Shown one piece after another: positions 38,175 to 48,475 of a stretch of 64,000 nt of DNA. The notes under the pieces are model-generated. The model made no database searches and was not told the DNA's origin. It saw nothing but the letters and a program-made list of their open reading frames with translations. The stretch is from Candidatus Latescibacterota bacterium (GTDB taxonomy: Bacteria > Latescibacterota > UBA2968 > UBA8231). Where the stretch lies: positions 4,288,001 to 4,352,000 of the forward strand of contig CBDETK010000013.1 of assembly GCA_965242865.1 (NCBI GenBank). Direction: 5' to 3'. Position numbers and translations under genes: made by a program. Position 1 is the stretch's first letter. The number at the start of each line of letters is the position of its first letter.

Positions 38175-39713
38175 TCACCGGATGCGCTCTTTTTGCTTGC
38201 GTGCGAAAAGGCGGATCTGCTGTTGAGCCGCAAGTGAATCTCCCGCTTCTCGGTAGGCTACGGCCAAACCATAATGGGCACCGACATAGGTGGAATCGGC
38301 CCGTAAAACCGCCTTAAAATCGTCGATGGCCTCCCGGGCATGGCCCTCGCGCAGTTTGGCATTACCGAGGCCGTTTATCGCGTCGATGTAGTTGTCCTTT
38401 ATCGCCAGCGCGCGTTCATAGGCAGCGTGCGCCTGCACTGGATAGTCTTTCATCAAATAGGCGTTGCCGAGATTAAACCACGCCAGCGCATAGTCCTCGT
38501 CTAAAGTCAGGGCTTGGCGATAGGCTGTGATGGCATCGTCAACCCGTTGCAGCCGCATATAGGCCGTGCCCAAATTCTGCCAAGCCTGTATCTGGGCGGG
38601 GTTGATCTTGAGCGAGGCTTTGTACTCTTGAGTTGCCATTTCTGCAAAACCGAGCTTTGCGTAGATCGCGCCCAAGTTATAGCGGGCTACGGCATCGTCG
38701 GCGTGGCCTTTGAGGCGCAAACGCTGATCGCGAATGGTATCGGAATGCGGATGAAGGTGCTTGAACAGCTCGATCTGCCGCTGCCCTTCCTCGGCCTTTC
38801 CCAGCTTTACATACACTTTGGATAGGGTCAAGTGCGCTTCTGGATAGGCCGGGTCGAGAGCGATGCTTTGCTCTAGTACCGCGGCGGCTTCGGCCTCCTT
38901 GCCTTGGCGGGCGAGCACCATCCCTAGCCCATTTAGTGCCTCTACGTACGCGGAATCGCGCTCAATGGTCGTGCGAAAGGCGGCCTCCGCTTCTGCGAGG
39001 CGATTCAGCCGCAGGTAGATGTGCCCTAACGCCGTGCGGTAGCGGGGACGCTTAGGCTCTATTTTGACGGCTTTGCGCGCCATGTCCACGGCTCGTTTGC
39101 ATTGCCCCATCTTGGCACAGTACATCTCGCCCAGACTGTAGTACACCAACGCGTACTCCGGGTCTATTTCCAGTGCTCGCTGCATCTGCTGGGCGGCGGT
39201 CTCGTAGTCGTGATCGCGGGCATGTGCCACGCCTAGATTGTAGTGGTCTGGAGCGTGATTGGGGGCCAATTGCAACGCCTTGGCAAACGTCGCCCGCGCC
39301 TTGGCATCGTCGTCCGTGCGCAAATAGAGTTGGCCGAGCTGGCGATAGGCCGCTGCGCGGTCGGGCGCGAGCGCAATGGCCTTGCGATATACGGCCAACG
39401 CCCGTTTCAATTCGCCCTGCCGGGTCAGGACTTCTCCGGCCCCTAGCAATGCTTCTACGTGCAACGAGTCGATGCGGAAGGTCTCGCTGAAATGCTTCAA
39501 CGCTTCCCCATACACGGCGTGTTTTAAGTAGAACGTCCCTAGTTCGTAGTGTGCTACTGCGTCGCTGGAATCGGCGCGAATGCGATCCAAATAGCTCCGT
39601 TCTACCGTGCGCGGGTCTTCCTCTACCTCTATCACCGGAGCCTCTTCTAACGCGCCATCGCAGCCAAAAGCCGTTATCCACGCCAGCCACAGCACCCCGT
39701 TAAATTTTTTCAC
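38175..39713 (-). CDS. TPR-repeat lipoprotein
   Basis: Lipobox AFGC; many tandem 34-aa TPR units (A.YNLG..Y, AL.IDP.Y). Confidence 0.92.
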   Translation of the reverse strand: MKKFNGVLWLAWITAFGCDGALEEAPVIEVEEDPRTVERSYLDRIRADSSDAVAHYELGTFYLKHAVYGEALKHFSETFRIDSLHVEALLGAGEVLTRQGELKRALAVYRKAIALAPDRAAAYRQLGQLYLRTDDDAKARATFAKALQLAPNHAPDHYNLGVAHARDHDYETAAQQMQRALEIDPEYALVYYSLGEMYCAKMGQCKRAVDMARKAVKIEPKRPRYRTALGHIYLRLNRLAEAEAAFRTTIERDSAYVEALNGLGMVLARQGKEAEAAAVLEQSIALDPAYPEAHLTLSKVYVKLGKAEEGQRQIELFKHLHPHSDTIRDQRLRLKGHADDAVARYNLGAIYAKLGFAEMATQEYKASLKINPAQIQAWQNLGTAYMRLQRVDDAITAYRQALTLDEDYALAWFNLGNAYLMKDYPVQAHAAYERALAIKDNYIDAINGLGNAKLREGHAREAIDDFKAVLRADSTYVGAHYGLAVAYREAGDSLAAQQQIRLFARKQKERIR

Positions 39714-41418
39714 GTTTGCCTTGCGCTTTTGCGGATTTCTGGCCCGCGGGCTCGCGGATGGTGAGGAATTGATCGACGGCCACGTCCTCCAACACCTGCG
39801 TCATTCCACTCGGCCAGCTAATCTCCACCCGGTCCACCCGCCTGTGCTGCCCTAAGCCAAAGTGTACCCGTAGCGCGTTCTGCGACAGATACGAACTGCC
39901 CGAACGCACTTCTTCGACTTGGCGCAGGTCGCTGGCGACCACCCGGATGCGTGCGCCAATGCCGTCGCGATTGCTGCGGGTGCCCACGGCGCGCACGGAC
40001 AGCCAGTGCTGGCGGTTTCCGCCGTCGTTGCGCAGTAGCAGGCCGCGCTGGTTGTTGTTGGCCACGAACAGGTCGAGGTCGCCATCGTTGTCGTAGTCGG
40101 CGGTGGTTGACCCGCGCCCGACCGCGGCGGTGGCTAGTCCCGGCGAGTCCGCGCTGACGTCGGTGAACGTGCCGTCATGGTCGTTGTGGAACAGCTGATC
40201 CCGTTGCGCGTAGGAAGGCCCGGCGCGGTCGATGATTTCTATATTCGGTTCGACGTGTCCGTTGGCTAGGAACAGGTCGAGGTATCCGTCGTTGTCGTAG
40301 TCGAAAAAGTCCGTGCCAAAGGTCAGGGTCGAGAAGGTCGATTCGGCTAGTTTGGACTCGTGGATCTGGTCCTTAAACACACCGCTCCGCTCGTTTTTTA
40401 ACAAGCGACAGTGCTCCCACTGGAAGTTGCAGACGACGATGTCGAGGTGGTCGTCGCGGTCGTAGTCGCCAAAGTCTGTGCCCATGCCGGCCTCGGGTTT
40501 GCCGTCCGGGCTGAAGGCGACGCCGGCCTTCAGCCCAATATTGGAAAACCGCGTCCCTCCCTCGTTGCGAAAGAGGAAGTTCGGGGTCATGTCGTTGGCG
40601 ACGAATAGATCGGCATCGCCGTCTTCGTCGTAATCGCCAAATACCACGCCGAGCTGCCGGCCGCGGTCGTTGTAAACGCCCATTTCTTCGGTTGCGTCGG
40701 CAAACGTTCCATTGCCCTCATTGCGGTACATAATCCCCGACGCGCCCTCGTACTGGCCGGGTCCGCAATAGACTCGGATGGAACCGTGCCTGCACTCTTG
40801 GTGGTTTTCGAGGGTAAAATCGGTATTGTTGGCCGCGTATAGGTCGAGGTCGCCGTCGTTGTCGATGTCGGCAAAGGCCGCGCTCATGCTCAAGCGCTCG
40901 TCGCCGACGCCAGCGGTCGCTGTTGCATCGACAAACGAACCGTCGCTGCCATTGCGATACAACACATTGGGGCCGAAGTTCGTGACGTAGAGATCTACAT
41001 GCCCGTCGTTGTCGTAATCTCCCGCGCATACGCCCATGCCATACCCTTCATCGCCGACCCCGGCGTCCACTTCCTCGAATTTCCCATGGCCTGTGTTTCG
41101 ATACAGGACGTTTTTCGGAACGCGCCGCTCCAAAAAACCCGGCAATACGGCCCCATTGACCAAGTATAGGTCTTCGTCGCCGTCGCGGTCGTAGTCGATA
41201 AAAGCCGCTCCCGAACCATAAGCCTCCACGTAGTAGAAACGACCGCTGCCGCCGTTTACATGGGTAAAATGGATGCCGGCCGCGGTCGTGGCATCGACGA
41301 ATTTTGGTTTGGACGCCGTGGCTGCTGGCACTGGAGCGGGCGTTTCACTCGCGCACCCCGCGATCAGTGCCATACTCCAGCTAAAGAAAACCGCAACAAT
41401 GAGCATAGGGAATTTCAT
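39700..41418 (-). CDS. CRTAC1-family lipoprotein (FG-GAP/VCBS repeats plus ASPIC/UnbV)
   Basis: Lipobox IAGC; repeated DYDNDGxxDL; C-terminal SNRDGIGARI..GSSYLSQN..HFGLG..WPSG. Confidence 0.93.
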   Translation of the reverse strand: MKFPMLIVAVFFSWSMALIAGCASETPAPVPAATASKPKFVDATTAAGIHFTHVNGGSGRFYYVEAYGSGAAFIDYDRDGDEDLYLVNGAVLPGFLERRVPKNVLYRNTGHGKFEEVDAGVGDEGYGMGVCAGDYDNDGHVDLYVTNFGPNVLYRNGSDGSFVDATATAGVGDERLSMSAAFADIDNDGDLDLYAANNTDFTLENHQECRHGSIRVYCGPGQYEGASGIMYRNEGNGTFADATEEMGVYNDRGRQLGVVFGDYDEDGDADLFVANDMTPNFLFRNEGGTRFSNIGLKAGVAFSPDGKPEAGMGTDFGDYDRDDHLDIVVCNFQWEHCRLLKNERSGVFKDQIHESKLAESTFSTLTFGTDFFDYDNDGYLDLFLANGHVEPNIEIIDRAGPSYAQRDQLFHNDHDGTFTDVSADSPGLATAAVGRGSTTADYDNDGDLDLFVANNNQRGLLLRNDGGNRQHWLSVRAVGTRSNRDGIGARIRVVASDLRQVEEVRSGSSYLSQNALRVHFGLGQHRRVDRVEISWPSGMTQVLEDVAVDQFLTIREPAGQKSAKAQGKREKI

Positions 41419-41466
41419 TGATCGACGCCGACATCAGACCGCACGAGGGCCGTTGCCCTGTGGGTG

Positions 41467-44121
41467 CTATTGCAATCCGGCAAACATGCTCAGAAACAGC
41501 ACCAGATCGGTCGTCGTCTCGTCGCGGAAATCGCGCCGCTCCCAGCGCCCGCCGATGTTGGTCATCAGGCGATAGCCCAGATAGTCCGAGCGATTGGATA
41601 GCTGGGCGGCAATCACGAACTGTTCAAAATCATCTACATATCCGGCGGGCAGTGGATCGGTGCGCGCGACCATATTCCTGAAAATCTCGTACTCGATGCC
41701 GGCCTCCAAGCGCATCGTACTGAGCAGCTCCTGCTGCCACACGAAGAAGAAAATTTCCGATAGCTCGTTATTGGCCAGCTCGTTTTTATTGGTGGGCGAG
41801 CGCCGCTTGTAGAGCTGTTTCCACTTGGGCCACAGCACGTGCTTACCCACCGGAATGGGCAGGTCCGCCTTGGTGATCAGCGCGAGGAGTTGCTCGTCCT
41901 GCCAGTTCGCTGGCGGCGGATCTCCGCGCTGCTGATAGAACTCGTACTTCAGCTTGGTTGCCAGATTGAGCGGGGCGTATTTGCGGGTTCGCGCACTCAG
42001 GAAGGTGGTGTTGATCAGCGCATTCTGTGCAATCATGGGATCGACGAAGGGGCGCATATCGCCCCGCGTGCGCGGACTCTGCACCCACAGAATGATGTTG
42101 TCGGGAATGTTATCCTCGACGCGGCGAAGGCCATTGTAGAGCTGGACCTGCAAACCATGCCGAGGCACCTCGTGAGTCAGAGTGAACAGACCGTAGAGCG
42201 ACTTGTTGCGGCGATTGCTGCTCAGCAGCCACTCGCGCATGCGCCCGACCATTATGCGACTGCCCGGCTTGAGTTCGACGCCACCGTAGAAGTTGTAACC
42301 GCGGTGGTCGCGAGGATACGGGTAGTCCGCTTCCTCGTCGTTCTCAAAGCGGTCGATCACGGTATTGTTGTTCATGTCCGTGCCGTAGAGAAAGTCGAGT
42401 GGCTCGACGTCGTAGCGCACAAAGGGTTCTAGATAGTCCGGCATGCCGTTGTCGTTCTGATTGAAATCCGACACTAAGTCGTTGTTCTCGTCGTAGCCGG
42501 GAAAGACGGCCACGTCGGCCCGCTGGATCAGCAGGCGCTCCGACGAGGAGCTGCTGAAGGCGCGCCGGCGCCAGTCGGGAAAGCGGTCTTGGTCGTCGTT
42601 GTCATCGACGAATTCATAGACGTTGTTCACAGCACTTTCGTAGTTGATGCGCCCGTTGCTGTCGGGCACGAACATAAATGTTTGATAGCCCGGATCCATG
42701 CTAAAAATTTCGCCATAAGCAAACCACGGGTACACATTGTGCGACGCCGTTGCATAGTAGCCCTCTGCGCTCTCTTTCCCCAGCGCCTGATTGTAGGTGA
42801 AGTTCTGGTTGGGGAAGCGGCGGTACTTGCGGTTAATGTTGTATTCGGCACGCAAGTTAAACCCGCCGAAGAGGTCGTCGATTTCCATGGTGAGACCGGC
42901 GACCTCGTTGGCTGTCGGCAAGCCGTAGCTAAAGCGCACCACGCGCTGGTTGGAGCCGTCCTTGATGTTTTTCGCTGCCCGGGTGACTGGCAAAAATACA
43001 GGCTCACCCGTGTTGTTGACCTGCATATTGGAGGTGACTTCAACGGCGTAGTCATTGGCTAGGACCAATTCGATCTCGATCTGTTTAATTTCCTTGAAGT
43101 CGATGATCTCGTCTTCCCCGGGAATGGGCGTGAAGTCGCGCTCGATGTCGTAGGTAATGATGATGTTGTTGCCGCCGCTGGCCTCCCAGCGTCCCTGCCG
43201 CCGGATGCCGCCATCTACCAGTGCTCGGTCGGAAATTTCGGGATGCTCCACGCCATTGATGTACACGCGGTGCAAAAAGAGCAACGCCCCGCCTTCACCG
43301 TCCTCGGGTGAATCGTCGGACAGACGCACTAGGAGGCGCTGCACGTTGCCCGCCTGCAGGTTGCCGCCGAGCGTGCCCTTGAGCGAGTTGTTGCCAAAGC
43401 TCTCCGAGCTGTTCCAGTGGCCGGCGTTGACGTAAGTGGTGCCCAGCCTAATAAAATCGCCGATCTGAGCCGTGCCGCGCAGACCGAGCAGATTGGTGAA
43501 GATCGTCCGCACCGTAGCCCCTTGGTCGCGGTTAGTCGCCGTGGCGGCTAAAGCGGGGTTGTCCGTGCGCGAGGCGAGTAGCGTTAGGGCGTATTTGTCG
43601 GAGAGGAAATCCCACTGCAAGCCGTTGAACAGCGGCTTGGAAAAGGTCATCGGCGTCAGGGTGGTCCTTAGCTGCTCGCCCACGGTCAACGCGATATGGT
43701 ATTGGCCCTGCGACGCCGTTGAAATGACGAGGTTGTTGAACCAGTTGTTGAACTCCACAGACTTGTCGATCGCACTGCCCGTTTCCGTGGGGTGCTGCTG
43801 CGCCCACTCGTAGATCTTCCAGCCTCGCGTGATGTAATTGCCGTAGAGATCGTAAAATCGTTGGCCTTGCAGCACGATGTCGGTATAGCGCTCGTAGCGA
43901 TCCTTGGCGTAGTTGGTGTACTCCCAGTTTTTCCATCCGTAAATATCGTAGAGCGTCTGGGGCAGATACCATTTCCGCATCGTCGGCGTGATGGTCTGGG
44001 GTGCTATCCGCACCCCACTGGTTATATAAGGGTTGAGAAAGCCCGATTGCAGGCCTTCGGCTAACACTCCACCGGCCAAAAGACAACCCGTTAGCAGAGC
44101 ACCGAAAAACTTCCGGCCCAT
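41467..44121 (-). CDS. Hypothetical 884-aa exported protein, probable outer-membrane beta-barrel with Ca-binding-like loops
   Basis: Signal peptide; aromatic amphipathic strands ending LFLSMFAGLQ; DDNDDQD, DENND, NQNDNG and DMNNN loops. Confidence 0.65.
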   Translation of the reverse strand: MGRKFFGALLTGCLLAGGVLAEGLQSGFLNPYITSGVRIAPQTITPTMRKWYLPQTLYDIYGWKNWEYTNYAKDRYERYTDIVLQGQRFYDLYGNYITRGWKIYEWAQQHPTETGSAIDKSVEFNNWFNNLVISTASQGQYHIALTVGEQLRTTLTPMTFSKPLFNGLQWDFLSDKYALTLLASRTDNPALAATATNRDQGATVRTIFTNLLGLRGTAQIGDFIRLGTTYVNAGHWNSSESFGNNSLKGTLGGNLQAGNVQRLLVRLSDDSPEDGEGGALLFLHRVYINGVEHPEISDRALVDGGIRRQGRWEASGGNNIIITYDIERDFTPIPGEDEIIDFKEIKQIEIELVLANDYAVEVTSNMQVNNTGEPVFLPVTRAAKNIKDGSNQRVVRFSYGLPTANEVAGLTMEIDDLFGGFNLRAEYNINRKYRRFPNQNFTYNQALGKESAEGYYATASHNVYPWFAYGEIFSMDPGYQTFMFVPDSNGRINYESAVNNVYEFVDDNDDQDRFPDWRRRAFSSSSSERLLIQRADVAVFPGYDENNDLVSDFNQNDNGMPDYLEPFVRYDVEPLDFLYGTDMNNNTVIDRFENDEEADYPYPRDHRGYNFYGGVELKPGSRIMVGRMREWLLSSNRRNKSLYGLFTLTHEVPRHGLQVQLYNGLRRVEDNIPDNIILWVQSPRTRGDMRPFVDPMIAQNALINTTFLSARTRKYAPLNLATKLKYEFYQQRGDPPPANWQDEQLLALITKADLPIPVGKHVLWPKWKQLYKRRSPTNKNELANNELSEIFFFVWQQELLSTMRLEAGIEYEIFRNMVARTDPLPAGYVDDFEQFVIAAQLSNRSDYLGYRLMTNIGGRWERRDFRDETTTDLVLFLSMFAGLQ

Positions 44122-44162
44122 TTGTTCCCTCCCTTTTTACCGCTGTGCAACACGGACGTTTG

Positions 44163-46475
44163 TTAATAGGCCAAACTAAGGGTGCGATATACCGACTGGT
44201 CTCCAGAGTCGGCTTCTAGCTGGATGCGGCAGATATACACCCCGGGTGGTAAAACCGCTCCCGCATCGTCCCGGCCATCCCACGCAAAACCCGTGACGCC
44301 TTGGTCGAGCGTCCGTAGGTGCGATCCGGTTAGGTCGTAAATATCTACGTTGGGATGGCCCTCAACTTGGACGACGATAAAGTTGATTCGCGCTTCGTCG
44401 TTTACGCCATCGCCGTTGGGCGTGACGACCGGAGTCACCTGCACATTGCGCAGCAAAACTCCACCGGGCACCTCGGGCACAAAGACTATCATTGAGCGCG
44501 GCTCCAAGGGTTCGACGCCTTGGCGCACATTCTGCTGGCTGTCCCCGGCCCAAGCCTCAAAGAGAGTGGCATTGGCCGTTACCTGCGCGGTAAACAGCAC
44601 TTCCACTGAATCCGCCCGCACTCGCTCCGGCAATCCGACCCTTAGCAGCCCGTCCGCCAATTCAACTTCCCTCGGCTGCACCCGCTGGCCGCCGACTCGG
44701 ACGCCCACCTCTTGCACCGCGCCCGGCACTTGGATAAAGACCTCGTCAAAGCCTTGGTCGTTGCGCACAAAGGTCGGTTGCAGCAAATACGTAAAGCGCT
44801 GCAGCGAATCTAGCCCGACCTCGCGCGGCAATATGCGCGCCGCAATGCCACCGCTGACGAGCGGGTCGTCGAATTCCAGCGTCAGGGAGCGCAGCACCGG
44901 CGTTAGTTGCGGATCGTCGTTGGCCAGTCGAACCTGCAGTTGCAGAAATTGTCTGGGCGTGGGCGAGAGGAAGGCCTCCGCGGGAAAATCGTAAGGCTGG
45001 CTCCAGCCGCTCCAGTCCGGCCCTTTGAGCTTGAGGATGTCGATGCGCCCGCGCACGCTCTTGGGCAGCTTACCAAAACGGGCCGAATCCAGTTCCGTGC
45101 CGTTTTTGTGGTAGTACTTCTTCAGCAATTCAAAGGTATTGCCCGTCTGCGAGCGAATTTCGATTTGCGTACCGGCGGGTAAATCGGCGTCCCACGACAG
45201 CTTGCTCACGCTCTTCATGGCTCCTAGGTCAATGAAGTCCGACACCATTTCCGTCGCCGCCACGTGCCCTTCGCCGTGGAGGATGTATTCAAAAACCGAC
45301 TGGCGGATCTGTAGGCGAGCCGGAATGCCGCTGCGGTGGTAGAAGATGTAGCGGATTTTCCGCAGCGGGAATGCAAAGTGATACGACTGCTGGAAGGGCA
45401 GTATGTCGTTGAATACGTCGCTGAGTTCTTGGTAGTCAAAGTTGCTGCGGATGCGGTCGCTAGTCAGGCCGCTGGCCGGCGTGCCGTCGGAGGTGGTGAG
45501 GACAAATAGCTTGGCTCCGTTGGATGTGCTGCCGCGAGACCCTTCTTCGACCGTCAGGTCTAGGTGGGAAAGGTGGTCCACCCAGAACGTGGCCCCCAAA
45601 TCCCATTCAAACCAATCGCCGTCTTCGACGTAGGTCCTGAGATTGCCCTCCTTGGCTTGATCGCCGCCGACCGCAACCCGCCAGTTGGTATTGATATCCC
45701 CGTCAAAGATCGCCCCGATCTTATCGCCGCTCCGCCCCGCTCGCACCGACCCGCCCCGTTCCACCGTATTTATGGCGAGGTTATCTCCGAGTGCATCCAC
45801 TTCGATCTCAGCCAGCGCCGCGCCCGGATTTTTTTCCGTGGGCACGAGGCGCACGTGATGGACGAGGGCAAAGTCTAGCGTGTCTTGCTCAATGAGATGT
45901 TCGCCGCTGGCCTGACCGAACTCAATTCGCGTTAGATCGACCTCGAAAATGCGCTCCACATTGGGTTTTGTCGTGATGGCGACTGGATTGTAGGTTACGC
46001 CAAAACGAGTATCTACTCCGTTGCTTATGTAAGCAGTGAAATTGCGAAAGGGCTTGGCGTCGAGTTCGTCTGGAAAGACTAAGCGCAACTTGCGCGCCAA
46101 TACCGGCCGACCGAGGTCGATTTCGATCCACCAATTTTCCAGCGGATCGTCGGCGGATGGCTGCCACCAAGTCGATGGGTCTTGGTCGATGATGTTAGCC
46201 GCATCTTGGGCGTTTGAGTTGACTTGGCGGATGCCCCCAAAAACCTGTTTCTTGCCCTCACTATGGGAAAACTCTGCGGCATCGGCCACGGCGTTTATAT
46301 TGCGGCGCATCCGCGCTAGGCGAATGCTGCCGTCGGTGGCAATTTCCAGCGTCCCCTTGGGAATGGCCCATGTCTGCCAGTCCGCGGGGCTACTCAGGTG
46401 CAGTTCGTCGGCATAGGCACCGGCTGCACACAAGGTGGCGACGAACAAAAGGCGAGTCGCAGCAAATGTTCTCAT
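44163..46475 (-). CDS. Exported protein with discoidin-like modules and TPNGDG/FlgD-Ig C-terminal domain (paralogue 3)
   Basis: Start MRTFAA; WIEIDLG and FEWDLG modules, WSGWSQP, VTPNGDGVND..IYDLTG..WDGRD..PGVY..SLAY. Confidence 0.8.
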   Translation of the reverse strand: MRTFAATRLLFVATLCAAGAYADELHLSSPADWQTWAIPKGTLEIATDGSIRLARMRRNINAVADAAEFSHSEGKKQVFGGIRQVNSNAQDAANIIDQDPSTWWQPSADDPLENWWIEIDLGRPVLARKLRLVFPDELDAKPFRNFTAYISNGVDTRFGVTYNPVAITTKPNVERIFEVDLTRIEFGQASGEHLIEQDTLDFALVHHVRLVPTEKNPGAALAEIEVDALGDNLAINTVERGGSVRAGRSGDKIGAIFDGDINTNWRVAVGGDQAKEGNLRTYVEDGDWFEWDLGATFWVDHLSHLDLTVEEGSRGSTSNGAKLFVLTTSDGTPASGLTSDRIRSNFDYQELSDVFNDILPFQQSYHFAFPLRKIRYIFYHRSGIPARLQIRQSVFEYILHGEGHVAATEMVSDFIDLGAMKSVSKLSWDADLPAGTQIEIRSQTGNTFELLKKYYHKNGTELDSARFGKLPKSVRGRIDILKLKGPDWSGWSQPYDFPAEAFLSPTPRQFLQLQVRLANDDPQLTPVLRSLTLEFDDPLVSGGIAARILPREVGLDSLQRFTYLLQPTFVRNDQGFDEVFIQVPGAVQEVGVRVGGQRVQPREVELADGLLRVGLPERVRADSVEVLFTAQVTANATLFEAWAGDSQQNVRQGVEPLEPRSMIVFVPEVPGGVLLRNVQVTPVVTPNGDGVNDEARINFIVVQVEGHPNVDIYDLTGSHLRTLDQGVTGFAWDGRDDAGAVLPPGVYICRIQLEADSGDQSVYRTLSLAY

Positions 46476-46494
46476 GGTACATCCTCGAAAGCGT

Positions 46495-48444
46495 TTAGTA
46501 GGCCACCGCAATGACGTGCGTGCGCGTGAAGTCGCCTGCATCCGTCTCGACGGAAAGTCGGGCGAGGTATAAGCCCGGTGCGACATGCTCCGCCCCCTCT
46601 CCCCGTCCGTCCCACTCTTCGACGTAACGTCCTTCGCTTCTAAAATCGGCCGATAGCGTTCGCACTTTGCGCCCGCGCAAATCGTAGATTTCAAAGACCA
46701 CTTGGCTGGCTTGGACGCCGAGCAGTGAATAGGCCAGTTCAAGGGTGTCGTTGCGCCCGTCGCCATTCGGTGTCACTACGGTTGACCCCACATCTAATGC
46801 GCTCAGCACATCTAACTCCGTGCTCAGTGCCAGCACCTCGATGGAATTGGTCGATACCGCTGCGTTGGCATCGCCGGGATCGATAGATTGGGGCTGTCCT
46901 TCCCCCCCCACGACAAACACCTCGCCCTGAAACAGCGCATTAAAACTGAAGACGCCCGTTTTGAACAGCAGCCGCAACGGCCTATTGTCTTCGGCCACGA
47001 TGCGGTTGGACGGAAAGTAGATGATCAGTTCCCCCTGTTTTTCCGCGATGCTGTCGGGCACCACCGCGACCAAGGGATCGCCCATTTCCAGTCCGATAAA
47101 CTGGGCGCGGGCCGGGGTTTGCAGCCTCAAAGCGTCAAAACCCGACTTGGTCGCTGACTCAAAGGCGGCCCGCACGTCAAACGTGAAGACGCGCTCCTCG
47201 CCCAAGGGCACTTCCGTCTTGCGTCCAAGCGGCTGTGGCTCGTCCTGTAATGCGACCTCTCCGACAATTGCATCGACCAGCAAAGGCGAGTATTCGACGA
47301 CCAGCGAATCCATCCGGCTGTACGTGAACAAATCCTCGCTCTCCATCGTGAAATTGACTTTGAGGTACTGCCGATTATCCGGCGAAAGGATCTCGATGGC
47401 CTCGCCGCCAGACGCTTTTTGCGGCACCGACCAGAAGCTCCAGTTATCTACATCGGGCCGCTCAGGTCCCCGCGCTCCAGGGCGCACATAATCGTCGCGC
47501 GGTGCTCTATCCCATTTGGCAAAACTCACTTCGCGTTCGGTCCTCAGCTCGGTGTAGATGGTGTAGATGTATGGCGTATCGTCCCGGCCGGTCTGTGTTT
47601 CCAGCGAAAAGGAGATGGGATTTTCTGCCAAAAGTTCGGATTCGCTGTCGATGCTCTCTTTGGCGAACCCATTGAAATAAGGGATGACCCGCCCTAAGTT
47701 GACCGGCTCGCCGATGTCGATCACCTTGGAGATGTATTGCGATTTTTGCACAAAGCCCTCGCCATAAAACTCCACCTCGGCGATAACGCCTAGTTCTGGG
47801 AAGTTTAGAAAAATGAACTGCAAGGGCTGGGTGGGAAAACGAGCATTGGCAATGCGCGTGGTTTGGTTGAGATTCTGCTCTAGTAAAAGGTCGAATTGCC
47901 CCTGCTTAAAGTGCTCTCCATCAATTGCAGCCCAAACTTCGTACAGCTTGGGATAGGCGTTTTTGAGCGGTAAACCCGGGGTGATCCGCTTGCGGTCATC
48001 GGTCTGAGTGCGCCCTTCTGCTGGGGGAAAAAAGCGGATGCGTTTGATGGGCAATTCCCAACCTAGGTTGTAGTAATAATAGCCGGAGACAATGGCCACG
48101 GACCGGGTCGTGTCACCATCGACTGTCTGTTGAAAGCCGTTGTCTCCCAAGACCTCGGGCTGGCCGGGAATGAGGCGTGCGGCCTGCGGCCCGGCCCGCT
48201 CTCCCCCCCAGACGTTGCCGAAAACATCGGTGCGCGAGCTACCCTTCTTCTCGCCCAGCGCGATATTGACCGCTGGGTCCAATTCGTAGGGCTGTAGGCT
48301 GCCATCTACGACCCACATACCGCCCATCAACTCTGCTAGGTCTTCCCAGCCGTTGTCGCCGGTGCCGAGCACCAATCGCTCTACCTGTGCTGCTGCAAAA
48401 CAAGGGGCCAAGAGCAAAAGAGCTAGTGCCGCTGTGTGCTTCAT
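46495..48444 (-). CDS. Exported protein with discoidin-like module and TPNGDG/FlgD-Ig C-terminal domain (paralogue 2)
   Basis: Signal peptide; AEVEFYGEG, WSFWSVP, VTPNGDGRND..IYDLRG..WDGR..PGLY..AVAY. Confidence 0.8.
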   Translation of the reverse strand: MKHTAALALLLLAPCFAAAQVERLVLGTGDNGWEDLAELMGGMWVVDGSLQPYELDPAVNIALGEKKGSSRTDVFGNVWGGERAGPQAARLIPGQPEVLGDNGFQQTVDGDTTRSVAIVSGYYYYNLGWELPIKRIRFFPPAEGRTQTDDRKRITPGLPLKNAYPKLYEVWAAIDGEHFKQGQFDLLLEQNLNQTTRIANARFPTQPLQFIFLNFPELGVIAEVEFYGEGFVQKSQYISKVIDIGEPVNLGRVIPYFNGFAKESIDSESELLAENPISFSLETQTGRDDTPYIYTIYTELRTEREVSFAKWDRAPRDDYVRPGARGPERPDVDNWSFWSVPQKASGGEAIEILSPDNRQYLKVNFTMESEDLFTYSRMDSLVVEYSPLLVDAIVGEVALQDEPQPLGRKTEVPLGEERVFTFDVRAAFESATKSGFDALRLQTPARAQFIGLEMGDPLVAVVPDSIAEKQGELIIYFPSNRIVAEDNRPLRLLFKTGVFSFNALFQGEVFVVGGEGQPQSIDPGDANAAVSTNSIEVLALSTELDVLSALDVGSTVVTPNGDGRNDTLELAYSLLGVQASQVVFEIYDLRGRKVRTLSADFRSEGRYVEEWDGRGEGAEHVAPGLYLARLSVETDAGDFTRTHVIAVAY

Positions 48445-48475
48445 GCTCAGTTTCTCGCGTTTGATGGGTATTACA

